A stretch of DNA of 17,460 nucleotides, taken from the NCBI GenBank assembly GCA_029258835.1, contig JAPDJY010000074.1, forward strand, positions 1 to 17,460. Direction: 5' to 3'. Shown here piece by piece: positions 15,698 through 17,460 of this stretch. Each line of letters begins with the position of its first letter. Position 1 is the stretch's first letter. The notes under the pieces are model-generated. The model did no database searches, was not told the origin of the DNA, and saw nothing but the letters and a program-made list of their open reading frames with translations. Made by a program: the position numbers and the translations under genes. Origin of the DNA: Thermoproteota archaeon (lineage in GTDB: Archaea > Asgardarchaeota > Jordiarchaeia > Jordiarchaeales > Freyrarchaeaceae).

Positions 15698-17041
15698 TTA
15701 AACTACCTCTATAAGCTCGTTTTCGATAAAGCCCTCATAATTAATCTTCAAAGAGAAAACATATAAGGGAGTCCAAGGTTTAGCGCCATGAACAAGCGTA
15801 TAGTTAAAACGCTGAGAAAAAACGAGAATCCTATCCGCCAAGCTACAGATAGCATTGGGTATGGTGGAGCCGGCAATCACTAAAACAAACTTTTTCTCTC
15901 TAGCATGACGAGCAAAGTTATAGACAAGCCTAGTCGCATTCTCAACGCCGAAAAACACGTTTAAATAGTCAAGATCAAGAAGAACCAGTGAAGGAGAATG
16001 TTGCTCCCATGGGAAAACCCCGCCTTCAATAAAACACTCCTTAAAGCAATCCTTCAGCGAAACACGAAGGTAAACACCCTTCTTAACGCATTCTTCGACG
16101 AAACTTAGAGCGCAAGGGGGGAGTTGAGGGCTAACTGGCTCCAACCCGACCGAAACAACCTTACCACCATCAACTACGAAAGAGTTAACGATACTTAAAA
16201 GGAATATGTAGCGCAGCAGAGAGGGAACCATGGGTTTAAAAATGAGGACGTAAAGGCAACCCTCAGGGAGGCCGCCGAAGAATCGGTCAAAGCTATCAGA
16301 ACCAAAGCTAAAAGTGACTTCGCCGAGGAAACCAGTCTGTCTCCCCCCGACCATGGGGAAACCCTTTAGCTTATCACGAAAGCCGTAGGGTAAATTCTCA
16401 AATTCAGACAAAGACGGCTCGATGAAAGTGAAGCGGCCACCTAGGAGGGTAAATACGCCATAGAGGCATGAAATCTTTACACCCCTGAGCTTCCTGAAAA
16501 GAAACTCCCTGATGAGGCGCCCACCCAAACTTTTCCTTTTAAGAGACACTACACCATCAACAACCCGATCAAAAACATTCCGTATTCCAGTAGCTACTAT
16601 ACTACGCACATTAACCCGTCGAATAAAATCCACATATAACTCCATAGTAGAAATAGGATCTAAACCTATAGCGTTGCAAACACCCTCAAAGTCGTCTAAA
16701 AAAATAAACGATGAACCACCTACCTCCTCAACTTTCTCATAAACATACCTTAGAAGATTAGGCAAATTAGACCTTACAGCCACTTCATAGGCATCACTCT
16801 CCTGGGGAAAGGGAAAATCAGAGGCATCAATCACTACACGCACGTAACGATCCAGCCACCTACAACGTTCAAAAAGAGCATCCTCATTAACACCACATGA
16901 AACATAAATCCCGCATCCAACATCCCCAACCTCCCTCAAAACCTCAAAGCCAAAAAGAGTTTTACCAACCCCAGACTCGCCACAAACCAGCAAAACATTA
17001 TTTCCCTCTAACTCGAAAAAATCCCTAAGAACCCTAAACAA
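15698..17041 (-). CDS. GvpD/KaiC-like RecA-fold ATPase (two domains, second degenerate)
   Basis: Walker A GESGVGKT, DGVVSL and RKLRGVKI...FTLLGGRF (GvpD-type). A second repeat starts FSFGSDSFDRFFGGL and lacks a P-loop. Confidence 0.7.
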   Translation of the reverse strand: MFRVLRDFFELEGNNVLLVCGESGVGKTLFGFEVLREVGDVGCGIYVSCGVNEDALFERCRWLDRYVRVVIDASDFPFPQESDAYEVAVRSNLPNLLRYVYEKVEEVGGSSFIFLDDFEGVCNAIGLDPISTMELYVDFIRRVNVRSIVATGIRNVFDRVVDGVVSLKRKSLGGRLIREFLFRKLRGVKISCLYGVFTLLGGRFTFIEPSLSEFENLPYGFRDKLKGFPMVGGRQTGFLGEVTFSFGSDSFDRFFGGLPEGCLYVLIFKPMVPSLLRYIFLLSIVNSFVVDGGKVVSVGLEPVSPQLPPCALSFVEECVKKGVYLRVSLKDCFKECFIEGGVFPWEQHSPSLVLLDLDYLNVFFGVENATRLVYNFARHAREKKFVLVIAGSTIPNAICSLADRILVFSQRFNYTLVHGAKPWTPLYVFSLKINYEGFIENELIEVV

Positions 17042-17180
17042 TACAGATCACCCGTTAAAAGTAATTATAAAACCTAAAAATAAAAGTTATATCTCCATAG
17101 GAATCGCCAGCACAGCACCCACCCACTGCAGAAAATACTTACACCAGAAAATGAAAGACATATACACCGTGACGGGGCAA

Positions 17181-17196
17181 CAGAAAATTTAATAAA
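17181..17196 (+). promoter_or_regulatory. Putative BRE-TATA promoter for the tRNA half / radical SAM gene
   Basis: CAGAAAATTTAATAAA ends about 27 nt before tRNA position 1. Confidence 0.55.
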
Positions 17197-17223
17197 CTTT
17201 CTAGCTAACGATTTCATGAACAT

Positions 17224-17273
17224 GCCCCGGTGGTGTAGTCTCACGTTTTTAACGTGCTATAACGGCCTAGCAT
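17224..17273 (+). tRNA. 5' half (positions 1 to about 25) of an Asp/Glu-type tRNA containing a 22-nt D-loop BHB intron; no 3' half found in the window
   Basis: GCCCCGGTGGTGTAGTC [17241-17262] CGGCCTAGCAT gives U8, A14, G15, G18G19, A21 and D-stem GTGT/GCAT. Intron BHB: helix GTAG/CTAT, bulges TC|T and AA|C, inner stem CACGTT/AACGTG. Confidence 0.8.
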
Positions 17274-17279
17274 CGCGGA

Positions 17280-17460
17280 TTGCTTAGAAGGGGAGTGCTG
17301 CAGGAGGAGGCTGGTGGTGGGAAGGTAAGATGTCTTGTCTGCATGAGGAAGTGCGTCATACCGGATGGTGGACTCGGGTTCTGCGGAACCAGAAGGAACG
17401 TTAAAGGGGAAATCCACACCCTAACCTACGGGGACATATCATCCATAAGCGTTAACCCAA
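17280..17460 (+). CDS. AmmeMemoRadiSam-system (PFL-activase-like) radical SAM enzyme, N-terminus; runs off the window
   Basis: TTG start gives MLRRGVLQEEAGGGKVRCLVCMRKCVIPDGGLGFCGTRRNVKGEIHTLTYGDISSISVNP, matching the CxxCxxxC-x9-C...YG...P N-terminal signature. Confidence 0.8.
   Translation, partial: MLRRGVLQEEAGGGKVRCLVCMRKCVIPDGGLGFCGTRRNVKGEIHTLTYGDISSISVNP

Noticed and set aside
403-16742. Antisense or alternate-frame ORFs (403-825, 2777-3094, 2914-3432, 4246-4482, 4846-5028, 5059-5328, 5074-5550, 5617-5802, 6313-6501, 6864-7058, 7511-8083, 8159-8461, 8765-8959, 9706-9888, 9926-10213, 10329-10685, 12062-12298, 12363-12614, 14028-14234, 15491-15766, 16512-16742)
   Set aside because: These are shadows of well-supported genes, with no recognisable motifs.
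17167-17178. CCGTGACGGGGC as the 3' half of a permuted tRNA-Asp
   Set aside because: There is no TTCRAAT arm, the acceptor complement is imperfect, and it lies upstream of the TATA box.
17274-17292. Reading the tRNA fragment as a full tRNA-Ser(GCT)
   Set aside because: GCGGA has no pairing partner after the loop, no T-arm or acceptor 3' strand follows, and the sequence is the radical SAM coding start.
1-17460. CRISPR array, transposase, integrase or defence system
   Set aside because: No regularly spaced repeats or recognisable mobile-element or defence proteins were seen.

Overview
This is an archaeal (TACK- or Asgard-like) core-genome region. Genes in order: glpB/glpC-like pair, CMD/AhpD protein, RIO1-Dim2, ADP-forming acyl-CoA ligase beta subunit, GPN-loop GTPase, carS, radB-like, Clp1/Grc3 kinase, a 2-oxoacid:ferredoxin oxidoreductase operon, SmAP3, SPOUT methyltransferase, rpl23, ogg, Zn-ribbon/Yip1-like protein, GvpD-like ATPase and the start of an AmmeMemoRadiSam radical SAM gene. 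The notable feature is very dense use of bulge-helix-bulge (BHB) splicing, with seven short introns found by hand. tRNA-Leu(UAG) has three introns and tRNA-Leu(GAG) has two. An orphan, intron-containing tRNA 5' half runs directly into the radical SAM ORF. A 20-nt BHB intron sits inside a protein-coding gene (12697-12716, minus strand), and removing it repairs a frameshift to give a 100-aa CxxC...CxxC protein. All calls come from reading motifs and base pairing by hand; no database searches were run.
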